Assembly: GCA_964630835.1 (NCBI GenBank)
Contig: CAZVZM010000001.1
Span: 60,151 to 124,150 of the forward strand
From: an uncultured Halanaerobiaceae bacterium
GTDB lineage: Bacteria > Bacillota > Halanaerobiia > Halanaerobiales > Halarsenatibacteraceae
Direction: 5' to 3'
Length of the DNA stretch: 64,000 bases
Shown: one piece after another, positions 10,171-18,884 of the stretch
How the letters are laid out: each line of letters begins with the position of its first letter
How positions within the stretch are numbered: the stretch's first letter is position 1
The notes under the pieces: model-generated
What the model saw: the letters and a program-made list of their open reading frames with translations, nothing else
Databases searched by the model: none
Told to the model about the DNA's origin: nothing
Position numbers and translations under genes: made by a program

Positions 10171-11481
10171 ATGGCCAGAGATGATAGCTGGAAAAAAGGT
10201 TTTGAGCAGGCTGAACTCCTCACCAGCAGGAGTGAAAAACTGACAATAAATCTGGAAAACTGGAATGTTGAGAACATTTCCAATCAAAATTTGTCGCGCA
10301 GTTCTCTCAGAGTCATAGATGATGGCAATCTGGGCGGCAACACATGCCTCGGGCATTCTGATGAAGCCTGGCAGGGACTCATAGAGGGGGCGGAGCAGTC
10401 CGTTCGCTATGGTGATGAAGCTGTATTCTCCTTTTCGCAGCACAGTTTAAGCTCCTATCACGAAAAAACCGCGAACAATTTTGAGGAAGTTCCTGAAGAT
10501 GAGGTCATGTCATTTTTAAATGAGCTTCTTGGTTTCTTTCGGGAGGTCGCCCCTGAGGTTACGCTCAACGTAAGTTTCAACAAATCTTACAGCGAAATAG
10601 AACTTGAAACATCCCGGGGAGGCAGCTTAAAAGAAAATAAGAGCAACTATTCCCTCACCGTTTACCTTCCTATTCCAGGCGGAGGCTCCTCCTTTGGCCG
10701 CTATTTTGAGCAGGATGAGATGTTCTCGCGCCTGCCGGAGGCTGAGTTAAATGAATTCCTGCGTGAGTTTGAGTTGGCCGAAGAGGTTTCATGTCCGGAT
10801 ACGGGCAGGCTGCCGGTTCTATTCACACCCGGCGCCCTCTATTTTTTCACAGTTTCGCTCAATGAAGGGATCAGCGCCGCCAATATTTACAGGGAGACAT
10901 CTCCCCTTGTCGGCAGCAGGGAGAACAAAATATTTTCAGAGAAAATATCCGTAACTGATCGCCCGCACAGGGAGGATGCCGGTGCCAGCAGACACTTTGA
11001 CGATGAGGGGATCCCTACCCGGGAGCAGAAGGTTGTGGAGGAAGGTTTCCTAAAGGATTATATATACGATCTGGAATATGCCGCCCGCATGGACGCCCGC
11101 CCTAAAGGCAACGGCTTAAAGAAAGGACTTTTTTCCTCGGGAATAGATGTGCCGGTCTCTCCTTCATTTGTCAACCCGACTATTGAACCGGGGGAGGAGA
11201 AGAAGGAGGATATGATTTCGGGGCTGGATGAAGGCATTATGGTGGAAAGCATCGTTGGCTTTCACTCCTCCAACTATAGCCAGGGTCACTTTTCAGTTCA
11301 GGCTCATGGATATCATATAAAAGATGGCGAGCTTAAGGGCAGGCTCGAGGATGTAATGATTGCCGGCAATATTTATGATGATTTCGATCGCGTTTCCGCG
11401 GTGGGCCGCCGGCTCTATCCTGGAAGATTTGGATACTATCCCTACGTTCTTGTGCCCGATATACAGGTGAGTGCTCGCTAG
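10171..11481 (+). CDS. pmbA: PmbA/TldE-family protein (non-catalytic partner)
   Basis: FDDEGIPT, HSSNYSQGHFSV and MIAGNIYD motifs with no HExxH. Start set at ATG 10171 after GGAGGG. Confidence 0.8.
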   Translation: MARDDSWKKGFEQAELLTSRSEKLTINLENWNVENISNQNLSRSSLRVIDDGNLGGNTCLGHSDEAWQGLIEGAEQSVRYGDEAVFSFSQHSLSSYHEKTANNFEEVPEDEVMSFLNELLGFFREVAPEVTLNVSFNKSYSEIELETSRGGSLKENKSNYSLTVYLPIPGGGSSFGRYFEQDEMFSRLPEAELNEFLREFELAEEVSCPDTGRLPVLFTPGALYFFTVSLNEGISAANIYRETSPLVGSRENKIFSEKISVTDRPHREDAGASRHFDDEGIPTREQKVVEEGFLKDYIYDLEYAARMDARPKGNGLKKGLFSSGIDVPVSPSFVNPTIEPGEEKKEDMISGLDEGIMVESIVGFHSSNYSQGHFSVQAHGYHIKDGELKGRLEDVMIAGNIYDDFDRVSAVGRRLYPGRFGYYPYVLVPDIQVSAR

Positions 11482-11562
11482 GCAGGTGGCCAGAATACTA
11501 GAAAAAAACATTCGTTCATTTATTGCTGAAAATCAGATATAAATCCAAAGAAAAAATAAAAT

Positions 11563-11589
11563 GGGCTGCTGTATAAACTGCAGCAGCCC
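11563..11589. terminator. Hairpin between convergent pmbA and DUF1667-type gene, probably a bidirectional terminator
   Basis: GGGCTGCTG-9 nt-CAGCAGCCC perfect 9-bp stem, with an A-run before and T-rich sequence after. Confidence 0.65.
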
Positions 11590-11629
11590 GTGCTTATTTA
11601 ACCTTTCGGATTTTCCCGGCTGAGTAAAT

Positions 11630-12022
11630 TCAGGTGCTGCTCCTCACAGTTTTAGTGGCAATAATATCGGTATCCAGGCCGATAGGTTCAGATAAGATTG
11701 TATCGCCTTTGGAAATTGGTGCTTCAATAGATTTTTTGTTGAGAATTTCTATGACAGAGAAGAGCTTACTCCGGGGGATTTCATCCTCGCTTCTAACGCT
11801 TACCAGAGGTATCTTTCCATTTTCTACCTTCACATGATGTATCAGAGTTCTCTCTGGATTGAAAATTTCCTTACGCGTATAATCTCTACCTTCTTTACAT
11901 CTGGCTCCTTCCATGTTAATTGTTCTTTTGTCTGTATATGATGCTTCAATTTCACATCCCAGAGGACATTTAACACAGATAATCGTTTTTTTCGATAGGC
12001 TGCTGTAAGTCTTTTTATTCAT
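11630..12022 (-). CDS. DUF1667-type small Cys protein
   Basis: CVKCPLGCEI..GARCKEG..EIFNPER; typical third gene of the FAD-oxidoreductase trio. Confidence 0.75.
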   Translation of the reverse strand: MNKKTYSSLSKKTIICVKCPLGCEIEASYTDKRTINMEGARCKEGRDYTRKEIFNPERTLIHHVKVENGKIPLVSVRSEDEIPRSKLFSVIEILNKKSIEAPISKGDTILSEPIGLDTDIIATKTVRSST

Positions 12023-13274
12023 TTACAAACACCTGCACAGTTTCAGTGTTTTTTAATATTTTTTTGTTTGAATTTTCATCTTTATTGATTTTCACTTTTT
12101 CCATGCGGGAGGGATGCAGAGCTGGAAAACTTTTTTCGTTAATTATTTCTTTGCGGTTCTTTATTGATATCGCAGCACGAGTGAAGGGTTTTTCAGTTCG
12201 GAAAAATAATTCTGTTTCTTCACAAGCTTTTATAAGCTGGGGAATAACATAGTCTATTCCCTCTCCCGGTTCCACAAAAACATAATCTTTGTGGCCATCA
12301 GGATTATCTTTTAAATATTTTGCTGCAGATCTTCCTGCTCGAGCTGCCTCTGTAGAAACATAATCGACTATATCATGAATATGAAGGACATTTCCGGCGG
12401 CAAAAATCCCGGATATGTTTGTTTCCAGATTTTCTTTTACCAGAGGTCCGCCGGTAAGATTATCAAGGTGTATCCCTGCCTGGCGGGAGAGTTCATTTTC
12501 AGGAATCAGCCCGACGGAAAGCAGAAGAGTGTCGCAGTCCATTTTTTTTCTGGTAGAAGGAATGGGGTTTAAATCGTCATCAACCTTTGCACTTATCACA
12601 CCTTCTACTCTTGATTTTCCCAAAACTTCCACTGCGGTGTGATTTAGTTTTAGGGGAATATCAAAATCTTTCAGGCATTGATTTATATTTCGTGGCAGAC
12701 CGCTGGTGTAAGGCATTATCTCCAGAACCCCCTGCACTTCCACACCTTCAAGTGCCAATCGTCGAGCCATTATAAGGCCTATATCTCCGGATCCCAGAAT
12801 TACGGCCTTTTCCCCCACCATGATATTCTTCATATTAATCAGGTTTTGCACAAGTCCGGCTGTGTAGATTCCGGCAGGCCTTTCTCCGGCGATGGTGATG
12901 GCGCCTGCGGGCCTTTCTCTGCTGCCCATAGCCAGAATTACTGCAGCAGCATTAATTTTGCACATTCCTTTTTCCTCGTTGAAAGCTGTAATTGTTTTTT
13001 CTGAAGTTAATCCAGTTACAAGAGTGTTGAGCATACAGTCGATATTTCTCGATTTCATCTGATTTATATATCTGTCAGCGTATTCAGGCCCTGTGAGAGA
13101 TTGATCAAATTTTTGCAGGCCAAATCCATCATGGATACACTGTTTGAGTATGCCTCCCGGCTTATAATCCCTTTCGATTATAAGTATATCATCGATGCCG
13201 GCATCATGTGCAGAGATAGCTGCGGCCAATCCAGCTGGACCTCCTCCAATGATGACCAGCTCCCTATTTTCCAC
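12015..13274 (-). CDS. NAD(P)/FAD-dependent pyridine nucleotide-disulfide oxidoreductase (HcnB-like)
   Basis: IIGGGPAGLAAA, GGILKQCIHDGFG, TGPEYA, ILGSGDIGLIMARR and AGNVLHIHD motifs. Confidence 0.8.
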   Translation of the reverse strand: MENRELVIIGGGPAGLAAAISAHDAGIDDILIIERDYKPGGILKQCIHDGFGLQKFDQSLTGPEYADRYINQMKSRNIDCMLNTLVTGLTSEKTITAFNEEKGMCKINAAAVILAMGSRERPAGAITIAGERPAGIYTAGLVQNLINMKNIMVGEKAVILGSGDIGLIMARRLALEGVEVQGVLEIMPYTSGLPRNINQCLKDFDIPLKLNHTAVEVLGKSRVEGVISAKVDDDLNPIPSTRKKMDCDTLLLSVGLIPENELSRQAGIHLDNLTGGPLVKENLETNISGIFAAGNVLHIHDIVDYVSTEAARAGRSAAKYLKDNPDGHKDYVFVEPGEGIDYVIPQLIKACEETELFFRTEKPFTRAAISIKNRKEIINEKSFPALHPSRMEKVKINKDENSNKKILKNTETVQVFVNE

Positions 13275-14751
13275 GGCTGTTCACCTCTTTAACCGGTCCG
13301 GTAAACAAATATGAACTCTCCCTGTGAAGTTTTATGTCTGTTAGTTTTATTCCTTCTTCTCTCAATATTTGCACCACCTTTTCCAGGCAGTATCCTCCCT
13401 GACATCTACCCATAGTTATGCGGGTGCGGTTCTTGATAGCTCTTATTGTTCTGCTGCCCAGGGGATTACGCACTGCATCGAGTATTTCCTTTCTGGTTAC
13501 ATTTTCGCAGCGGCAGACAATATCTGCACTGGCGGGATTAACATCTGCCCTGTTACTTTTTTCTTCCGGACTGAGATCGTTAAAATATGGAGGACTGTCG
13601 CGATGTTCCTGAAAGGTTTTATCTTTTTTGAGGTTTTCTGCCTTATCCACCATATCCACCACGTATTCTGCAATTCCGGGGGCTGCAGTTAAGCCTGGAG
13701 ATTCAATGCCCAGCAGATTGATAAAATTATCGTGACGCGGGCTCTTTTTGATGACATAATCTGTGTATCCTCCGATTTCAGGAGGAACTATTTTGCTTCT
13801 GATGCCAGCATAGCTATTTATAATATCGCCGCGGGAGATTTCGGGAAGAAACTTTCTACCCTCTCTTATAAGGCGGTTCATAACATTTTTTGTGGTTGAA
13901 TGATCCTCTTTATTTTCAATGTACTCATCACTGGGTCCTATTAGTATATTGCCTTCAATTGTGGGGCTTAGATGAATGCCTCCTCCCCCTTTTTCGCGTG
14001 CTTCTTTTATCGGAGGGATAGGATATATTAGACGTGAAATCAGGTGGGATTTGTTTTTATCCAAAACGTGGTACTCGCCCCGGCAGGGGTATACTTTATA
14101 ATCGTTTTCTCCGGAAAAACTGGCAATTTTATCGGCATAAACCCCGGCAGAATTTATCACATAGCTGGCAGTGAACTTACGGTCAGCGGAGGAGAGGAGA
14201 AATATATTACCATTTTTTTCAATGCTTTTTATTTCGGAGTTGAGAAAAAGCTGCACTCCATTTTCTACAGCATTTTCTGCCAGAGCTATGGTCATTTCAA
14301 AGGGATTTACGATGGCACTGGTGGGAGAGTAAAGTGCGGCTTTACCTGGTGAAATGTTGGGCTCCATTTTCTTTATTTGATTTCTGCCGATGACTCCCAC
14401 CTCTGTGCCATTTTTTCTGCCAATATATTCAAACCTGTATAATTTAGGAATTCGATTTTTATTAAATGCCATCACAAGCTTTTCAGTTTCTTTAAAAGGA
14501 ATTGATAGTTTACTGCTTAATGATTTAATCTTTCTTTTTCCTCTCATATTGAGTTCTGCTTTCAGTGACCCCACGGGATAGCTAAAACCGGCGTGTATGA
14601 CACCGCTATTGCGGCTGCTGGCTCCTTCCCCTACATCTGCTTCCTTTTCCACCAGAGCTACATCGACTTTGAAACGGGAGAGTTCCCGAGCTATGGCGGC
14701 TCCAACTACACCGGCTCCAATGATTATGATATCAAATTTATTATTGTCCAT
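13264..14751 (-). CDS. FAD-dependent oxidoreductase, LhgO/GlpA (DAO) family, with C-terminal BFD-like [2Fe-2S] domain
   Basis: IIGAGVVG, SSRNSGVIHAG, GIESPGLTAAP, and C-terminal VCRCE..MGRCQGGYC. Confidence 0.8.
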   Translation of the reverse strand: MDNNKFDIIIIGAGVVGAAIARELSRFKVDVALVEKEADVGEGASSRNSGVIHAGFSYPVGSLKAELNMRGKRKIKSLSSKLSIPFKETEKLVMAFNKNRIPKLYRFEYIGRKNGTEVGVIGRNQIKKMEPNISPGKAALYSPTSAIVNPFEMTIALAENAVENGVQLFLNSEIKSIEKNGNIFLLSSADRKFTASYVINSAGVYADKIASFSGENDYKVYPCRGEYHVLDKNKSHLISRLIYPIPPIKEAREKGGGGIHLSPTIEGNILIGPSDEYIENKEDHSTTKNVMNRLIREGRKFLPEISRGDIINSYAGIRSKIVPPEIGGYTDYVIKKSPRHDNFINLLGIESPGLTAAPGIAEYVVDMVDKAENLKKDKTFQEHRDSPPYFNDLSPEEKSNRADVNPASADIVCRCENVTRKEILDAVRNPLGSRTIRAIKNRTRITMGRCQGGYCLEKVVQILREEGIKLTDIKLHRESSYLFTGPVKEVNSRGK

Positions 14752-14834
14752 AAAATACCTCCAAAAAATGATCGCCTCTAATAGTTCTTAATGTCTGGGA
14801 GAGTTCAGCTGTATGGAAACAAAAAGAGTTTACA

Positions 14835-16082
14835 TTATTTCATGCGGGGCAGAGTTGATATGCCAAAGGGAATAACCAGAACTTTTGCATCCCGTCCGAT
14901 ATCAGCAAGTGCTTCTTCAAGGGCAGAATTGACATCGCTGCAGCATCTAAAGAATAATTTTTCAGTGATGCTTTTAGGGAGAGAGGATACCAGTATTATT
15001 TCGCTGCTCTGATGAATATCTGCCACCCGGGAGGCTTTATGCCGGCCCAGAATAAATTCATTTTCAAGCTCTTCAATCAGCTCCTGTGGTGACTTATCAC
15101 CTGTAAGAGCTTCGGCAAAATTTTCTTCTCCCAGCCCATCTCCACACTCGCCCACAACAATCATTTTGCCTCCTTCTTTTACTGCTCTGGCTGCATGCTC
15201 CATTGATTTGTGAGTTTGATACAGGTCGATATCTTTGGGGAAACCGCCCGGAGAGGTAATTACTATATCTGCCTTTTCATCAATGCTTTTTTCGTATATT
15301 TCCTCAATATATTTTTTTCCCTGGCGATGAGCGGCTTCGATATCTCCGGAGACAATTTTGATAGTCTCTTTCTGCCTGTTGAGGACGGCATTTACAAGAA
15401 AGTCTACTCCTACCATATTTGCAATCTCTTCAATATCTTCGCGCACAGGGTTTCCCTCTATCTGGCCGCTTCTGGCCAGAGGATCCATGAACTGCTTATG
15501 ATTTTGCATGATTGTATTTTTGCTGCAAACACCCGGAGCGAGGGCTTTTGCGCCTCCGCTGAAGCCTGCAAAATAGTGATACTCAAGATTGCCGGTGGCT
15601 ACAATAAAGTCCGCATCCAGCACCTCTTTAAATACCTCCGCTTCTGTCCCACGACTGGTTATACCGATTTGTTCACATTGATACCTATCATGATCTATGC
15701 ATTTTATTCTGCTATATATTTCATCACCTACAAGCTTCTTTTTTTCTTCGGGAGTCTGTCTTCTGTGGACCCCCAGACCAAAAATAATTTTAATTTTGTC
15801 ATCGCTCACTCCTGAGGAGTTCAATCTATTAATGATGGGGGGGAGCATGACAGTGCTCGGGGCAGGTCGCGATATATCGCTGACCAGGATAACAACATTA
15901 TCCTCCGGGCTTACCAGCTCCTCAAGCTTTGCGCTTTCGATTGGAGCATCCAGGGACTTATTCACCTCTGCTTCTGGATTTGAGAGAGCCTCAGCTTCTT
16001 CAGGCATGATTTTCCCCTGAAAATTTTTATCGGGTATGTTTACAGTCAGCTTAGACCTGCCATACTTCAGTTTATTTTCCAC
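14835..16082 (-). CDS. larA: LarA-family nickel-pincer alpha-hydroxy-acid racemase/epimerase
   Basis: SDISRP, GLGVHR, HYFAGFSGGAK, NH and YQTHK motifs. Substrate unknown. Confidence 0.85.
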   Translation of the reverse strand: MENKLKYGRSKLTVNIPDKNFQGKIMPEEAEALSNPEAEVNKSLDAPIESAKLEELVSPEDNVVILVSDISRPAPSTVMLPPIINRLNSSGVSDDKIKIIFGLGVHRRQTPEEKKKLVGDEIYSRIKCIDHDRYQCEQIGITSRGTEAEVFKEVLDADFIVATGNLEYHYFAGFSGGAKALAPGVCSKNTIMQNHKQFMDPLARSGQIEGNPVREDIEEIANMVGVDFLVNAVLNRQKETIKIVSGDIEAAHRQGKKYIEEIYEKSIDEKADIVITSPGGFPKDIDLYQTHKSMEHAARAVKEGGKMIVVGECGDGLGEENFAEALTGDKSPQELIEELENEFILGRHKASRVADIHQSSEIILVSSLPKSITEKLFFRCCSDVNSALEEALADIGRDAKVLVIPFGISTLPRMK

Positions 16083-16123
16083 AAATTTAACCTCCTATTA
16101 TGAGAGAGTTTAAGTTTTTTAGT

Positions 16124-17086
16124 TTAATAAACAAGTTTGCCTTTTCTGACTATATCCCGATCATCTATTATAACCGAAGGTTTTTCTATCAGTCCATCGA
16201 GATGAATGCTGCTTTCTCTGCTGCCTCCCAGTGATATATTGTCACCAATGGCAAAGTGGACTGTGCCTCTTTTTTTCTTGTCTTCAGCCAGATTGCCAAT
16301 AAGGAGAGCGGCGGGATTTGTACCGATTGCAAATTCTGCAATGTTTGTGGCATTTTCATCAGCGTTATCCACTATATCTTTCAGCATATCAGCTTCTTTT
16401 CCTCCTTTTATCTCCTGAACCCGGCCCTCGCTGACTTCCAGAACTATATTATCTTCCAGGGCCCCTATATTGTCCATAGCGCAGTCGAAAACAATTCTTC
16501 CCTCAGCGGAGTCCTCAACAGGGCATGTAGGAGCTTCTCCCGGGGGAAGGGTGGCAAAACCGGTCTCCTTGTGAAAAAATCCATCGAGAGCAAAGGCTTC
16601 TCTGCCAGCAATGGAAAAGGTGACGTCTGTTCCCTGATTTGAGGTGACCCTGACTTTTTCCCCTTCAGTTATAATGCTCCGGACTTCGTCGGTGGTTTTC
16701 TTCAGTTCATCGAAGTCGGCGGTCAGAGCTCCTTCAATTAACATTTCCTCGGTGGTGCCTCTTAAAACCACTGTTTTGGTGCCCTCTTTAAAGGCATCCA
16801 GACGGGCATTAGTGTGAGTGATTGCGTATGTTGTCAGAGCAAAGACTGTGTCGGCCGTTTTCATGGCTTCTGCTACCATATTTCCGGGCTCATTTCCGTG
16901 TTCTTTCAGGAGTGGCATCACCATAAAGTAGGTCTCGCTGCTTATGTTTCTGGCTATGACTGAAAAGGAACGTCCTAGCTTATATTTTTTGGGGTCGGCC
17001 AGTATCAGGACATTATCCCCCTCTTCAACCCTGATGACATCTTCAATAATTTCTCTGATTTTTGGCGCCATTTCAAAATCAAGCAT
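16124..17086 (-). CDS. Peptidase M29/aminopeptidase T-like metalloprotein (short form)
   Basis: LPPGEAPTCP, AEFAIGTNP, EDKK..GTVHFAIGDN and S.IHLD motifs. Confidence 0.65.
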   Translation of the reverse strand: MLDFEMAPKIREIIEDVIRVEEGDNVLILADPKKYKLGRSFSVIARNISSETYFMVMPLLKEHGNEPGNMVAEAMKTADTVFALTTYAITHTNARLDAFKEGTKTVVLRGTTEEMLIEGALTADFDELKKTTDEVRSIITEGEKVRVTSNQGTDVTFSIAGREAFALDGFFHKETGFATLPPGEAPTCPVEDSAEGRIVFDCAMDNIGALEDNIVLEVSEGRVQEIKGGKEADMLKDIVDNADENATNIAEFAIGTNPAALLIGNLAEDKKKRGTVHFAIGDNISLGGSRESSIHLDGLIEKPSVIIDDRDIVRKGKLVY

Positions 17087-17146
17087 ATAATCTCCTCCTT
17101 AATAAAATTTAAAGTTAAAAAGTTCGGTTCTTTTCCAAAAATATTA

Positions 17147-17914
17147 CTAATTCCTGTCCGCATTCTTTCCCGCTGTGGCAGCATACACGGCAAATTCTTT
17201 TCGGCCATCTATCTCAAGCAGGGAATCTATCTCCTCCTGGTCATAGGCGCCAATAGCACAGATGCCAGTATTGAGAGCTTCGCCAGCCAGATAGAGATTT
17301 TGACATATATGTCCAGCTTCCAGAGCAATCAATCTGGGTGAAAGCCTGCCATACCTCCACTCAGTTCGCCGGGGAAGAGAGGTCCAGACAAACACTGCGG
17401 CGCTATCGGGTATGAATTTTTGCTGATTAAAAGTCTCGCTGTGGCAGGCTTTTCCCATTATTTCAATGATTTTGTCCTCTTCATAAATTAAGGCCAGTTT
17501 ATTTCCTCGGGGAAGATATCTGTATATTCCGGGGTTTAAAGATTTTATTCTTCCGGCTGCCAGATAAGTTTCAAAGGGGTAACGAGCCCCTGCTGAAGGG
17601 GCAATTCGCTTTCTTTTTCCTTCTCCTTTCGTCCCCTGGGCGGCTGCAAGCATAAAAGAAAGCTCATCAATGTCTATATATTCATCGCTGTAATCTCTTC
17701 TGCTGCGGCGGCTCCAGAGCACTTCCTTTAAGTCCGAATTTATGGGAGAGATATCATCATGAGGAGGCAAATTTATGATATCGACTGCATCCTCACACGA
17801 TTTTTGGTACGGAGGAGGAGATAACCCCTGTTGCTGTTCTGTTTCCATCTCTTTAAGTTTGTCCCAGGGACCGGCTCGCAAAAATTCTCTGTGGCTTTTG
17901 TTATTTTTATGCAT
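17147..17914 (-). CDS. SagB/ThcOx-type nitroreductase-family flavoprotein
   Basis: RRSRRDY, APSAGARYPFETY and EAGHICQNLYL..GICAIGAY motifs. Start set at ATG 17914 after AGGAGG. Confidence 0.8.
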   Translation of the reverse strand: MHKNNKSHREFLRAGPWDKLKEMETEQQQGLSPPPYQKSCEDAVDIINLPPHDDISPINSDLKEVLWSRRSRRDYSDEYIDIDELSFMLAAAQGTKGEGKRKRIAPSAGARYPFETYLAAGRIKSLNPGIYRYLPRGNKLALIYEEDKIIEIMGKACHSETFNQQKFIPDSAAVFVWTSLPRRTEWRYGRLSPRLIALEAGHICQNLYLAGEALNTGICAIGAYDQEEIDSLLEIDGRKEFAVYAATAGKNADRN

Positions 17915-17993
17915 TTTATTTACCCTCCTCCTGAACTGAGCGGTAAAAAATTTAGTTTTTTCAAAAATCAATTTTAATATAACTATCCATCTT

Positions 17994-18794
17994 TTAAGAA
18001 GAGGATGAAATATCTTTTACTACCTGGTTGGAAAGAGTTCCAATTCCCTTAATTGTGATCTCAATTTCATCTCCATGCCTGAGATAGCGAGGGGGCTTTT
18101 GACCTTTTCCTACCCCGGGGGGAGTCCCGGTAGTGATAAGTGTACCGGGAAGCAGTGTCATCTGTCTGGAACAATAACTGATTATTTCATCATAGCTAAA
18201 AATCATATCTTCAGCTTCAGAGTTCTGTTTTAATTTGCCATTTAGATAGGATTTTATTGCGGCTGATTCCGGGTCTGCAGATGTTTCAATAAAAGGACCA
18301 AAGGGACAGAATGAATCAAAGGATTTAGCTCTGGCCCACTGCCCATCATTTTCCTGACAGTCGCGGGCTGTAACATCATTAACACAGGTATAGCCCAGAA
18401 TGTAGTCATCAGCTTCGCAGGGAGAAATATCTTTTGCTTTTTTGCCCATGACTATACCAAGCTCAGCTTCGTAATCAACACTGTCGGAAGCCTGTGGGGG
18501 GAGTTTTATGTCATCTTCCGGTCCAATAATGCTGCTGGTTGCTTTGAGAAATATCAGCGGCTTATCAGGGACCTGTTTTCCGGACTCCCTGGCGTGCTCA
18601 TGATAATTAAGCCCTATGGCAATTACATTGGGAGGATTAACGGGGGGAAGGAGTTTGACATCAGAAATATCCCATTTCCTTTCTGTGCAGGAAAAAGCAG
18701 AAAATATACTGCCTTTAATTTCTGTTATTATATTTCCATCCATTCTCCCCGTGAGTGCATCGTTCTCGCCGGTCATAAATTGGGCCAATTTCAT
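17994..18794 (-). CDS. Fumarylacetoacetate hydrolase-family protein
   Basis: IGLNYHEH, DYEAELG, GYTCVNDVTARD, AKSFDSFCP and TGTPPGVG motifs. Confidence 0.85.
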   Translation of the reverse strand: MKLAQFMTGENDALTGRMDGNIITEIKGSIFSAFSCTERKWDISDVKLLPPVNPPNVIAIGLNYHEHARESGKQVPDKPLIFLKATSSIIGPEDDIKLPPQASDSVDYEAELGIVMGKKAKDISPCEADDYILGYTCVNDVTARDCQENDGQWARAKSFDSFCPFGPFIETSADPESAAIKSYLNGKLKQNSEAEDMIFSYDEIISYCSRQMTLLPGTLITTGTPPGVGKGQKPPRYLRHGDEIEITIKGIGTLSNQVVKDISSSS

Positions 18795-18884
18795 ATGATC
18801 ACCTCAAATTTATGATTCATAGTTCGATAAATTTTGAACTCAATCTTCAATTTTAATAAAATCTAAGGTTTTCCGATCACTCGC

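Noticed and set aside
11630-14751. Calling the trio glycerol-3-phosphate dehydrogenase (glpA)
   Set aside because: Family-level similarity only; no glpK or glpF in the window, and the context points to hydroxy acids.
8787-17914. RiPP cluster suggested by TldD/PmbA plus a SagB-type dehydrogenase
   Set aside because: No YcaO, precursor peptide or exporter; the genes are on opposite strands, 6 kb apart and separated by a terminator.
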